64,000 nucleotides of DNA from an uncultured virus (IMG/VR IMGVR_UViG_3300043570_001522). Its lineage: Duplodnaviria > Heunggongvirae > Uroviricota > Caudoviricetes. The notes beneath the pieces are model-generated. The model was not told where the DNA came from and ran no database searches. It worked only from the letters and a program-made list of their open reading frames with translations. A program made the translations under genes and the position numbers. Location: the IMG/VR virus record IMGVR_UViG_3300043570_001522; one strand, 5' to 3'. How positions within the stretch are numbered: the stretch's first letter is position 1; each line of letters starts with the position of its first letter. Positions 50,870 through 60,399 of the stretch are shown here, one piece after another.

Positions 50870-53800
50870 ATGGCAAGATGTCCTAATAAAAACACACCGG
50901 AATATAAGGCTTTACAAGAAGTTTATAAAAGTGAAATTGCAACAAACAATATTATTAATAGTTGGCAAGATGCAAACAACACAGATGTTTTTCCTACTGT
51001 AGTTGAAGCACAACAATTTGCTAAATATAACAAAGTTGCTTTTGCATTAAAACAAAAAAGTTTTGCTGAAAGTTTATTAAATAATTTAAGAGAGCAAAAA
51101 TTAATTCATAGTGAGTTTGGACTGAACTTGATTAATGTTACTAATCCTGATTTGTTTTATACTAATAGAGTTGCTGATCCTGCAGTAGTAGAGAGTAACC
51201 GTAATAAAATTATCCAATATCTAAAGGCAAACAATATTCCTTTAGAAGCTGTTTCAATTATAGAAACTAAAAACACATACAGAGTAGAAGTAAATGAAAA
51301 TGTATTTACTCCTAAAGATATATTACCAGCATCTAGATCATGGGATACACCAAGATCTAGAGCTGTTGTAATGCATTTAAAAAGAATGTTTCCTCAAATA
51401 CAGGTTAAAATGCTTAGTGTTGGGGAAGCTCAAACTCTTTATAATTCATTACCACAATGGCAAAAAAGTAAAGTCAACTTCAAAGATGTTAATTCATTTT
51501 ATGTTGATGGGGTTGCTTATTTAGTTAAAGGAAGAGTAACAGATGAGACTGCAATTGAAGAGATGTTACACCCTTTTATTGATGCAATCAAAGCAGATAA
51601 TCCAGAATTATTTAATAGTTTACTTACTGAAGCTAAGAGTAATTTTCCTGAAATGGTTCAATCAATTACTGAAGCTTATAATGATAATAGAAACTTTAGT
51701 GAAGTAGAAAGAGATCTTGAAATAGTAACTCAAGCATTGTCTAGACATTTCAATAAAGAATATGAGAATACTCCAACTAAAAAATTCTTAGATAAAATTA
51801 AACAAGCACTGGATTGGTTCTTAAATGTTATTAATAATTTAAATGAATACATTACAGGCAAGCCTTTATCTGTAAAAGATATTAATAATAAAACTACATT
51901 TAGTGATGTTGCCAAGCTTTTAAATACAGAAGGTATACAGTTTAAACTTGAGAGTAGAGTGAATGGTAAAGTAAGATATTCACTATCTCCTGAAAAACAA
52001 AAGATAGTAAACAAAGCATTAGATAAATCTAATAGTATTCAGCAAGAAATAATTAATAAGTTATTTCATGTTGCCATTAGTTCAAAAGAAGAAATAGATT
52101 CATTGTCTGCAAACTTAAGTGACACTGCTTCTGCTAATACAATTGTGGTTCTTAATAAAGAAGATCATACCTATGTAGATATTACTAATAGAGAAATCTA
52201 TAAATCAGTTACTACAGCAATCAAAGGTCAACTTGCTAATGAAGAAGATGTACAACTTAATTTAGCCATTGGAAATGATGTAGATGCTTTATTAGATGCA
52301 ATTATATCAGAGCAATCATTTGATGAAGTATTTCCTAGCATGAAAGTTTTAGATGAGAAACTAGCTGGAGAAATGTTTGACATGTTGGAAGAACAACTTA
52401 CTCAATTAATTCCTCAAGGTGCCGTTGGTATTTCTCAAGTAGTTGTATTTGATGAAGCAACAAAACTTGCTGGTACAGCTGACTTAGTTGTTATAGATAA
52501 GAATGGTAAAATTAGAATTGTGGATTTAAAGACAAGTAAAAATTCTATTTATGATAGAACTTTTGTTGACTCAATTAAAAATAAAGTACCAGGTAGAACT
52601 CAAGGCACTAAATATGAAATCAAAGAATATGAGTTAAAAGATGATATGCCTGCTTTAGATGCAGAAGGAAAACCTATCTTAAATGCTGATGGTACACCAA
52701 AAATATTTCTTGGTAGTGACCTTAAAAAAATTCATGGGGTTGATAAACTATCAACCATGGCTCAACACAATCTTCAAGTAAATCTTTATAGACGTATGTT
52801 TGAAAACATGGGTTATACTGTTTATGAAGGAGACGGTGGTGCTATTACATTTCATATACAAGCAGACATAACTGGTGTAGGAAAAGACCAAGTGTTTAAT
52901 AATAACTTCAGATTAGATGGTAGGGTTGAACATCCACTATCTGAAAACTTATTATATGTTAATATGCTTGTCCCATCTGTAATGAATAATACAGAAAAAG
53001 AAAGCCTTGATAGAGCAATTGGTAATGCAGAAGATGCTATTTACCGTGGTGATCAAGATATAGAAGCATTAGAAAAAATTGCTGATACAATTGATGCTCA
53101 ACAATATCCGGAGTATAATACTATTTTTGATGCATTACAAAACTATAGTCTTGCTTTAGTAGAACAAGACAAAGCATTAGATAGACTTAAGACTAATGTT
53201 TATAGAGACAAAACTAAAGAACAAACGCGTGATGATATTGCAAGTACATTAGCCTACATTGCTAGCAATATTAATACAGGACCAATAGCTAGATCTCAAA
53301 CCTACACTAATTTATTAAGAGCTTCTTTAAATCAAATGCAAAAATTTACTGCATATGTTTTGGATCCAGCTAATATAAACAAACCTGAGTATATTACCTA
53401 TGCATTAAACTTCAATAGATTCTTAAGTACATTTGAAGCTTTGTATTCAATTAAAGATTCTAAGGAACTTAACGCTACACAAAGAACACTAGTTCTTCAG
53501 ATGCAACTTGAACAAAATAAGCTTATTGGTACAAGTGGTAAAGAAGGATTAATAAATGATGCTATTATTAACTATGTAAAAGAAACTATTAGAACCAGAT
53601 CAACTAATGATTGGGGCGGTCAAGGTAGTGCATTTACAGAAGATATGTTAGATGATCTTATGACTATATCTCCGGATATTGCAATGGATGCATTAAATGT
53701 ACAAGATATGGCTACTCAAAAAGATACCATACTTGCAGTAATGGATAAAATATATAAGAGTCAAAAACAAAAACTTTTAGATCAAATTGAAGAAAGAGAA

Positions 53801-56647
53801 TTTTCAATTAGAACTGCAGGTAATGAGTTATTAAAACTTTCAGGAAATAAAGATCTTCAAAGTCTTTATGACTTTATGTTGGAGTATGATAAGGATGGTG
53901 AATTTACTGGGTTCTATACTCAAAAAATTGGCCAACAATATTATTCAATGCAACAAGCATTGAGAAGTCAACTTTATGATGATAATGGTAATCCATATGA
54001 ATACAGAGACGTAAGTAATTTAGATAAAGCAAAGCCGGAAGATATTAAATACAACATTGATCTTGCTAAAAAGAAAGCTGCATTTAGCAAATTCTTTCAA
54101 GCTGAAGGATCAAATGCTAATGGTGAATTGATTGATGGTGAATTTCATAAATATACTGATGAGTTTAAACAAGCTAGAAGTAGATATGAATTTTGGGTAC
54201 CATCTAAAAATAAAGAATATGGAACTTGGTATAGAAAACCAAGAATATCAGATAGGGACTACGCTATATATGAAGCCAAGTATTATAACTTTGGTACATA
54301 TACTAAAGCATTAAGAACTAATGGTCAACCAACAGGAGCAATAGCAAAAGAACAAGTATTACGTTCTCCAAAAGTTAAGTTTAGAGTGGCTAGAGAAATA
54401 TCTGAATCTGGCCAAGATATGCGTAGTAAAAAGTATGCTGCATTAATGGATCTTAATAAAACAGATGCATTAAGTGTTGCTCAAAGAAATTTTTATAATA
54501 TGTTTATTACATATTATGAAACTGAATTATTAAATAAATTACCACAAAGTATCAAAGATCAAATGTCAGGACGTGTTCCTATTGTTAAAAATAATATTTT
54601 AGATACTTTAAAAGACCAACCAAACATTGTATCTAAAATGTATGCTAATACAGTTAGATCTATTAAGAACTTTACACAAGAGACAGCAACACAAAAGAAT
54701 GTTTTACTTGATGAACAAGGTAATTTTGTTGATTCACTTCCTATATTCTATACAGGTAAGTTAAGAGTAGATGAAGATCTTGCTAATGTTGAAACAGAGA
54801 TAACAGCATTACAAGATAAAAAGAGAAAGGGATTAATTGGTCCTGAAGCATATAAACAAGAATTGTTATTACTTAATGGTAAAGCAGCACAACTTAGGAG
54901 TCAACCTTCATTAGGAGAACTTAATAAAGACATGACTAATGCTTTACTTAAGTTTAGTGCAATGGCAGAACATTATGAAGTGATGGGTGAAATTGAAGAC
55001 ACTCTTACTGCAATGGTAAAAGTTATTGAAAATAGAACATATACTCCAGCTGATCCATTAATAGTTACAGGAACAAGAATTGACAATAAATTTAAAAAAG
55101 TAGGTACAATTAAAGGTACAGACTCCAATGCTTTAAGAAGAGCTAAGAAATACATGTCAATGATTTACTATGATAATGAGCTTGCAACAAAAGGAATGAT
55201 TGATAAAGTTGCTGATGAGCTTATTGGTCTATCTTCATTATCTTATGTAGCATTTAACCCATTTGGTAACCTTAATAACTATGTTATGGGTAGAATCAAT
55301 AATGGTATTGAAATGTTAGGTAGTAGATACTTTAGTAAACAAAACTATGCCAGAGCTTCTAGAGAATATAATGTGCAAGGTATTCCAGGATTATTAGCTA
55401 GAACAAGTGCGGCTGCAACTGATATTGCTGATATTGTTACACTAGGGAAAGCTGGATTAAAAAAATCAGACTATGATGCAAATAAACCTAATACTAAATA
55501 TGAAGCTTTTGTAGATATGTTTAGAATGATGGATAAAGCTACAGATATCCGTGAAAATACTTCTGAGTTTGATAGCAAATCTATTTGGTCTAGATTTAAA
55601 GAATGGGGATATGTAATACAAGATGCTGCTGAATACAATGTGCAAAGTAAAGTTGGTATGGCTATACTTATGGATGTTACAATTAAAAACAGTAGCACTG
55701 GAGAAACATTATCACTTTATGATGCATTCCAATATAATTCAGATACTCATAAAAATGAATTAATGCCTGGGTATGATACTATTATAAATAAAAATGGAAG
55801 TGAGCAACCATACAGTGATCAATTTAGATATGATTTAAGAAATGAAATTAGAGAGGTGAATAAACAAATTCACGGTAACTATGCTAAAGAAGATAGAATG
55901 GTTATTCAAGGACATACTCTTGGGAATTTAGCAACACAGTTTCACAAGTGGGTAGCACCTGCAATTAGAGCTAGATTTAGAAGAGAATACTTTGATCAAA
56001 ATTTAGGATGGATTGAAGGTAGATATAGATCTTTCTTTAAATTTTTAAATCATGCTAAAGGTGAAATAGTCCGTGGTAATTTTAATATAAATCCTGCTAA
56101 GTATAATGAAAGTTTTAAAGAAGCATATGGTTTCACAGGACAAGGTGGAAATCTAGATCAAAGAGCTGAAGATAAACTTAGAGGTTTTTATAGAACAACT
56201 GGTGAAATTGGTATTATGTTAAGTATTGTTGTATTAAACTCATTATTGGCCGGTATATTAGCTGGTGATGATGATGATGAAGAGTTAACCAAAAGATTAA
56301 AAAATCTTGTAAGACTACAAGGAGACAGAACATATAAAGAGATGGTATTATTTACACCATTGCCTGAAGGTTTAAAACAACAATATGCGTTAATGAAATC
56401 ACCAATTGCAACTACAAGAACATTAGGTGAATTAGGTGAAGCAATATCATTAAGTTATATGACACCATTAGCATATATATATGAAGGTAAAGATGGATTT
56501 TATGCTGATAAAGATTATGTATATCAAAACAAACCTAATAAAGGTCAATTAAAATTATACAAAAACTGGGCAGATGTTGTTCCTATTTTATATTCTATAC
56601 AGAAATGGGATAATATGATCAAAGCACAAGATTTCTACATCAAGTAA
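50870..56647 (+). CDS. Large cargo protein with degenerate zincin-like and PD-(D/E)xK nuclease domains
   Basis: 1925 aa; IEEMLHPF; AGTADLVVID...IVDLKTS...QHNLQVNLY; C-terminal TM-like helix followed by DDDDEE. Confidence 0.7.
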   Translation: MARCPNKNTPEYKALQEVYKSEIATNNIINSWQDANNTDVFPTVVEAQQFAKYNKVAFALKQKSFAESLLNNLREQKLIHSEFGLNLINVTNPDLFYTNRVADPAVVESNRNKIIQYLKANNIPLEAVSIIETKNTYRVEVNENVFTPKDILPASRSWDTPRSRAVVMHLKRMFPQIQVKMLSVGEAQTLYNSLPQWQKSKVNFKDVNSFYVDGVAYLVKGRVTDETAIEEMLHPFIDAIKADNPELFNSLLTEAKSNFPEMVQSITEAYNDNRNFSEVERDLEIVTQALSRHFNKEYENTPTKKFLDKIKQALDWFLNVINNLNEYITGKPLSVKDINNKTTFSDVAKLLNTEGIQFKLESRVNGKVRYSLSPEKQKIVNKALDKSNSIQQEIINKLFHVAISSKEEIDSLSANLSDTASANTIVVLNKEDHTYVDITNREIYKSVTTAIKGQLANEEDVQLNLAIGNDVDALLDAIISEQSFDEVFPSMKVLDEKLAGEMFDMLEEQLTQLIPQGAVGISQVVVFDEATKLAGTADLVVIDKNGKIRIVDLKTSKNSIYDRTFVDSIKNKVPGRTQGTKYEIKEYELKDDMPALDAEGKPILNADGTPKIFLGSDLKKIHGVDKLSTMAQHNLQVNLYRRMFENMGYTVYEGDGGAITFHIQADITGVGKDQVFNNNFRLDGRVEHPLSENLLYVNMLVPSVMNNTEKESLDRAIGNAEDAIYRGDQDIEALEKIADTIDAQQYPEYNTIFDALQNYSLALVEQDKALDRLKTNVYRDKTKEQTRDDIASTLAYIASNINTGPIARSQTYTNLLRASLNQMQKFTAYVLDPANINKPEYITYALNFNRFLSTFEALYSIKDSKELNATQRTLVLQMQLEQNKLIGTSGKEGLINDAIINYVKETIRTRSTNDWGGQGSAFTEDMLDDLMTISPDIAMDALNVQDMATQKDTILAVMDKIYKSQKQKLLDQIEEREFSIRTAGNELLKLSGNKDLQSLYDFMLEYDKDGEFTGFYTQKIGQQYYSMQQALRSQLYDDNGNPYEYRDVSNLDKAKPEDIKYNIDLAKKKAAFSKFFQAEGSNANGELIDGEFHKYTDEFKQARSRYEFWVPSKNKEYGTWYRKPRISDRDYAIYEAKYYNFGTYTKALRTNGQPTGAIAKEQVLRSPKVKFRVAREISESGQDMRSKKYAALMDLNKTDALSVAQRNFYNMFITYYETELLNKLPQSIKDQMSGRVPIVKNNILDTLKDQPNIVSKMYANTVRSIKNFTQETATQKNVLLDEQGNFVDSLPIFYTGKLRVDEDLANVETEITALQDKKRKGLIGPEAYKQELLLLNGKAAQLRSQPSLGELNKDMTNALLKFSAMAEHYEVMGEIEDTLTAMVKVIENRTYTPADPLIVTGTRIDNKFKKVGTIKGTDSNALRRAKKYMSMIYYDNELATKGMIDKVADELIGLSSLSYVAFNPFGNLNNYVMGRINNGIEMLGSRYFSKQNYARASREYNVQGIPGLLARTSAAATDIADIVTLGKAGLKKSDYDANKPNTKYEAFVDMFRMMDKATDIRENTSEFDSKSIWSRFKEWGYVIQDAAEYNVQSKVGMAILMDVTIKNSSTGETLSLYDAFQYNSDTHKNELMPGYDTIINKNGSEQPYSDQFRYDLRNEIREVNKQIHGNYAKEDRMVIQGHTLGNLATQFHKWVAPAIRARFRREYFDQNLGWIEGRYRSFFKFLNHAKGEIVRGNFNINPAKYNESFKEAYGFTGQGGNLDQRAEDKLRGFYRTTGEIGIMLSIVVLNSLLAGILAGDDDDEELTKRLKNLVRLQGDRTYKEMVLFTPLPEGLKQQYALMKSPIATTRTLGELGEAISLSYMTPLAYIYEGKDGFYADKDYVYQNKPNKGQLKLYKNWADVVPILYSIQKWDNMIKAQDFYIK

Positions 56648-56711
56648 TTATATGCAATTGCATATTGCAATACGCAATATAACCAATACTATATGTAGAA
56701 ACATATAATGA

Positions 56712-56764
56712 ATGAGAAAGCCATCATTAAACCTTAAAAAAGGACTTAGTGATGGCTTTTTCAT
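56712..56764. terminator. Long hairpin / probable bidirectional terminator between convergent units
   Basis: 19-bp stem ATGAGAAAGCCATCATTAA / TTAGTGATGGCTTTTTCAT with two G:U pairs. Confidence 0.7.
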
Positions 56765-56790
56765 ACATTAAATTAACTTATAAGTTAATT

Positions 56791-56970
56791 TTAGTTATTC
56801 ATTTTAGAAGAAACTATTAGTTCTCCTTTCTTAAACAAGTCTTCTACACATATTTGTGATAAATTAAACATATCTGATATATCTTGGGCAGACAATATAG
56901 GATATCTTTCTTTATATTCATATATTAAGAGTTTGGTTTTATTTGTCAATTTAGTTTTATTGTCTTTCAT
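56791..56970 (-). CDS. Small HTH-like protein (59 aa, absent from ORF track)
   Basis: MKDNKTKLTNKTKLLIYEYKERYPILSAQDISDMFNLSQICVEDLFKKGELIVSSKMNN; start overlaps the end of 56957..57196. Confidence 0.6.
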   Translation of the reverse strand: MKDNKTKLTNKTKLLIYEYKERYPILSAQDISDMFNLSQICVEDLFKKGELIVSSKMNN

Positions 56971-57196
56971 TCTTGGATTGTTTAATTAATTCTCTTTCAT
57001 CTTCAAAAACATATCTATATTTAACATCTTTGTATTCTTCCATTATCCATGGATTTTCCAGCTTTCTCCAAAAGTTTTTATCATCTTTTGTTTCTACAGC
57101 TAAAATTATATGGGAATCATTATATCCACATACATGACCTTTATATTTTTTATGCACTACTTGCATATTTTTATATTTTTCAAATACTTGTTTCAT
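56957..57196 (-). CDS. Hypothetical protein
   Basis: 79 aa, A-rich leader, part of a three-gene minus-strand unit. Confidence 0.6.
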   Translation of the reverse strand: MKQVFEKYKNMQVVHKKYKGHVCGYNDSHIILAVETKDDKNFWRKLENPWIMEEYKDVKYRYVFEDERELIKQSKNERQ

Positions 57197-57205
57197 ATTT
57201 TATTT

Positions 57206-57397
57206 TTAATTATTATGCATATTTGCATAACTGATTGTAAAAAAAATAAAGCCAATTTCTATACCTGATACAAGACGGTAAACATCATCTTCACATAAAA
57301 CTTGACAGTTGATAAACTTTAGACCCAATATAGGTTCTGTTGGCAAAAGCTCTATATTAAATCTGTTTTTAAAAATTAAAGGGTTGATTTTATTCAT
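57206..57397 (-). CDS. Hypothetical protein
   Basis: 63 aa, A-rich leader, first gene of the minus-strand unit. Confidence 0.55.
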   Translation of the reverse strand: MNKINPLIFKNRFNIELLPTEPILGLKFINCQVLCEDDVYRLVSGIEIGFIFFTISYANMHNN

Positions 57398-57433
57398 AAT
57401 GAATTTTTGGTTTAAGTTAATTTTATAAAATTA

Positions 57434-57449
57434 TTTTTGTATATTATAG
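57434..57449 (+). promoter_or_regulatory. Putative phage promoter motif TTTTTGTATATTATAG (lysis cassette)
   Basis: Repeated motif in the divergent intergenic region, preceded by the palindrome AATTTTATAAAATT (57419-57432). Confidence 0.6.
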
Positions 57450-57501
57450 GTGTATAGTTTAGGCAATAGCCTAGCAAATATAAGATATATATATATTTAT
57501 A

Positions 57502-57888
57502 ATGAAAAATAGAATAATTAATATTTTCAGTTATTATGATACTGAACCAATGGAAATACTTATTGGTTTAATATGGTTTATCCTGTTGCCAATCATATGG
57601 TGCTTTGAGTTTTCTTGTAACTTATTTATCATTATCCCAAGTATTTTATTGGGTATAGCTATGATTAAAGCAACATGTTCTCATCCAATTAAAGTTAGAA
57701 AAACTTTATCTTACGGATCATTTATCTTCTCCATTTTTGTAATTCTAGCATTTGTATTTAGAGGTGCAATGGACAATCCTTCTCATTGGTTATGGTTTTT
57801 ACCATCAATTATATCTTTTTTAAACCTAACAGCAATGACATCAAAATATTATAGAAAACAAAAACAAAGTAGCCATGACATCATATGA
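57502..57888 (+). CDS. Four-TM membrane protein (holin/antiholin candidate)
   Basis: Four hydrophobic segments, basic C-terminal tail, first gene of the lysis cassette. Confidence 0.5.
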   Translation: MKNRIINIFSYYDTEPMEILIGLIWFILLPIIWCFEFSCNLFIIIPSILLGIAMIKATCSHPIKVRKTLSYGSFIFSIFVILAFVFRGAMDNPSHWLWFLPSIISFLNLTAMTSKYYRKQKQSSHDII

Positions 57889-58189
57889 TAATTTAACAAC
57901 TGTATTAGTCACAATGATGACTGTTCTATTCTCTGCTGGAGCATGGAAATTTTATGAAAAAAAAATAAAGTTAAAAACTGAGTTAGAACGGGAAGATAGA
58001 ACTGATCAGAATATGTATAGAGATGATTTAAGAGATAGAGTCAGAAGGCTTGAACAATTACTTACAGACAGTGCAATTGAAAAAGATGTAATGAGAGAAC
58101 AAATCCTTTCACTTACTAAAGAAGTAACGGCATTACATGTAAAAGTTGAGTACTTAGAAAAAGAAAATCAAAGACTTAAGAATATTTAA
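57875..58189 (+). CDS. One-TM + coiled-coil protein (holin-like)
   Basis: N-terminal TM ending AWKFY, long heptad tail; an architecture common in phage lysis cassettes. Confidence 0.55.
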   Translation: MTSYDNLTTVLVTMMTVLFSAGAWKFYEKKIKLKTELEREDRTDQNMYRDDLRDRVRRLEQLLTDSAIEKDVMREQILSLTKEVTALHVKVEYLEKENQRLKNI

Positions 58190-58222
58190 GCAACTTATAT
58201 ATTTGGTTTTATATATTAGAAG

Positions 58223-58234
58223 TTGTATATTATA
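58223..58234 (+). promoter_or_regulatory. Putative phage promoter motif TTGTATATTATA
   Basis: Repeated motif, with TTTG about 20 nt upstream of the TA. Confidence 0.5.
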
Positions 58235-58264
58235 TATAAGTAATATTAATCAAAATTAAAAATT

Positions 58265-58477
58265 ATGTTTAAAAAAGTATTATTGGCTACATGGACTTCT
58301 TCATTAGAGAAATTTTGGAATTTTATTTTACCAAAAACACCAATTAATGAAATTGAAGTGAGAAGTGTATTAGTTAAGCCAAAAATTGAAGATATTGTTG
58401 ATACAGTTAAAGTTGCACCAGCTAAACCTAAAAAAAAATATTATAAATCAAAACCTAAAGTAAATACTAAAAAATAA
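58265..58477 (+). CDS. Small protein with Lys-rich C-terminus
   Basis: 70 aa ORF with A-rich leader. Confidence 0.5.
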   Translation: MFKKVLLATWTSSLEKFWNFILPKTPINEIEVRSVLVKPKIEDIVDTVKVAPAKPKKKYYKSKPKVNTKK

Positions 58478-58491
58478 TTTACTCATACTAA

Positions 58492-59601
58492 ATGAAAAAT
58501 TTATCAAAAGAAGAGTTATTAAGTAGACTTGAAGCAATTAATAGAAGTAATGCTATTATCTACTTTGATCTTAGTGGTATTATACTAGGAGTAAATGACA
58601 TTTTTTTGGAAGCAATGGGTTATGGTGCGAGTAATCATGATGAACTTATAGGTAAACATCATAGTACTTTTGTATGTGAAGAATATGCAAAGTCAACTGA
58701 ATATGAAAAATTTTGGGACATATTAAGAAGTGGTAAATACTACCAGGGAGAATTTGAGAGAAGAAGAAAAGATGGAAGTCTTATTAATCTTCAAGCAACT
58801 TATAATCCTATTTTTGATGATAGTGGTAAGATTACTAAAATAATGAAGATTGCTACTGACATTAGTGCTATTGTTAGTAGTAAAAAACAGATAGATGCTA
58901 TCAATAGAAGTACAGCTCTTATTAGTTTTAATACTGACGGGTTTATAACAGATGTAAATCCTATATTTTTACAAACTATGGGGTATAAATCCAATGAAAA
59001 AGATAAAGTCATTGGAAAGCATCATAGTATTTTTGTAAGTTATGAATATTCAAAGTCAGATGAGTATGCTAAGTTTTGGGAGAATTTAAGAAAAGGTACA
59101 TTCTTTGATGGGATATTTGAAAGAAGGAAAGTAGATGGATCTATTGTTTATTTACAAGCATCATATAATCCTGTACTTGACAGTAAAGGTAATATTACAG
59201 ATGTAGTTAAAATTGCAACTGATATTACTGAAGCTGTAAACAGTAAAAAGAAAATAGATGAACTGTCAAATAATTTAGCAGTTGAATTAAAAAACTCTGA
59301 AAAACTTAAAGACGCAATAGAAAAAGAAAAAGATGCTGCTTTAAATGACTTAGATGCAGTATTAAAAAAGAGTCAAAATGAATTAATAAAAGTAATTGTC
59401 AAATGTGCTTTGGCAGTTATATTAGGAGTTGGAGTTGTAACAACTGTACTATATTGGGCAGCTATTATAACAAATAAAGAAACTCAAATAATTGGATCAA
59501 CATGGAGTAATATGTTTAGTGTATTATTAACTAATGCATTTTCAATAGTAGGTACAATTATGGGCATTAAGTATGCCACACAAGAAGGTAGTAACAAATA
59601 A
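58492..59601 (+). CDS. Tandem PAS-PAS / coiled-coil / two-TM protein
   Basis: Two internally duplicated PAS/PAC units (AINRS..F...G.I..VN..FL..MGY....IGKHHS.FV...FW..LR.G....G.FERR..DGS...LQA.YNP..D..G.IT...KIATDI) like those of BdlA-type cytoplasmic chemoreceptors. No MCP or kinase output domain; two C-terminal TM helices. Confidence 0.85.
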   Translation: MKNLSKEELLSRLEAINRSNAIIYFDLSGIILGVNDIFLEAMGYGASNHDELIGKHHSTFVCEEYAKSTEYEKFWDILRSGKYYQGEFERRRKDGSLINLQATYNPIFDDSGKITKIMKIATDISAIVSSKKQIDAINRSTALISFNTDGFITDVNPIFLQTMGYKSNEKDKVIGKHHSIFVSYEYSKSDEYAKFWENLRKGTFFDGIFERRKVDGSIVYLQASYNPVLDSKGNITDVVKIATDITEAVNSKKKIDELSNNLAVELKNSEKLKDAIEKEKDAALNDLDAVLKKSQNELIKVIVKCALAVILGVGVVTTVLYWAAIITNKETQIIGSTWSNMFSVLLTNAFSIVGTIMGIKYATQEGSNK

Positions 59602-59612
59602 AAAAGAACAAG

Positions 59613-60080
59613 ATGCAACTGAGTAAAAATTTAGCACTAGCAGAAGTAACAAGAAGTGAAACTGCAAAGAGAAAAGGAATTAGTAATATGCCAACTCCAG
59701 AACACATTGAAAATTTTAAAAAGTTAGCTGAGAATATATTCCAGCCAATTAGAGAACACTTTGGAGTTCCTATTCATATCTCATCAGGGTACAGAAGCAA
59801 GGCTCTTAATACTGCTATTGGAGGAAGTTTATCTTCACAGCATTGCCAGGGTGAAGCTATTGATATTGATATGGATGGTAGTGCAAGTGGTGTTACTAAT
59901 GCAGATGTATTTAAGTACATCAAAGATAATTTAAATTTTGATCAAATGATTTGGGAATTTGGTACTGATAAAAACCCTGATTGGGTACACGTATCTTATG
60001 AGTCAACCGGTAAACAAAGAAAACAAATTTTAAAAGCTGTAAAAGCTGGAGGAAAAACAAGCTATGTACCATATAAGTAA
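59613..60080 (+). CDS. Endolysin, peptidase M15 family (Zn D-Ala-D-Ala peptidase fold)
   Basis: SSGYRS..LN..IGG...SQH..GEAID...WVHVS motifs. Confidence 0.9.
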   Translation: MQLSKNLALAEVTRSETAKRKGISNMPTPEHIENFKKLAENIFQPIREHFGVPIHISSGYRSKALNTAIGGSLSSQHCQGEAIDIDMDGSASGVTNADVFKYIKDNLNFDQMIWEFGTDKNPDWVHVSYESTGKQRKQILKAVKAGGKTSYVPYK

Positions 60081-60399
60081 GTTTATAAAACAACAATGGC
60101 TTGGATCCATTTTAATTGTACTGTTCTTCCTATTCTTGTTTTATGGAATAGGACAGAATAGTGAATTGAAAAAAGAAAAGGAAGCTCTTGAAAAAGACAT
60201 TGAAGTGCTTGAGCAAAAGGAACTATTACACTGGTATAAACTTGATAGTTTAAAGGTTAGTGAAAGCACTATAATCAAAAAAGAAAAAATATTAATACAA
60301 ATACAACATGACACAATTAAGGTTATTGATACTATGTCTACTAGTGAGCTTCAAAAGTATTTCACAAACAGATACTATCAAAAAGATAGTATTAGATGA
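60064..60399 (+). CDS. Putative inner-membrane spanin (Rz-like)
   Basis: N-terminal TM plus coiled coil, directly after the endolysin, overlapping the next gene. Confidence 0.6.
   Translation: MYHISKFIKQQWLGSILIVLFFLFLFYGIGQNSELKKEKEALEKDIEVLEQKELLHWYKLDSLKVSESTIIKKEKILIQIQHDTIKVIDTMSTSELQKYFTNRYYQKDSIR

Noticed and set aside
28758..56740. AAACYTTAAAA element at 28758, 33542 and 56729
   Set aside because: Only three low-complexity AT-rich copies; cannot be told from chance without statistics.
2283..59012. Many short ORFs in the track nested antisense or out of frame within long genes (e.g. 7374..7745, 42580..43044, 48502..48882)
   Set aside because: These are shadow ORFs of codon-biased long CDSs, with no motifs or start context.
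58492..59601. Methyl-accepting chemotaxis protein or histidine kinase call
   Set aside because: No MCP hairpin signature and no H-box/HATPase; the C-terminus is a short coiled coil plus two TM helices.
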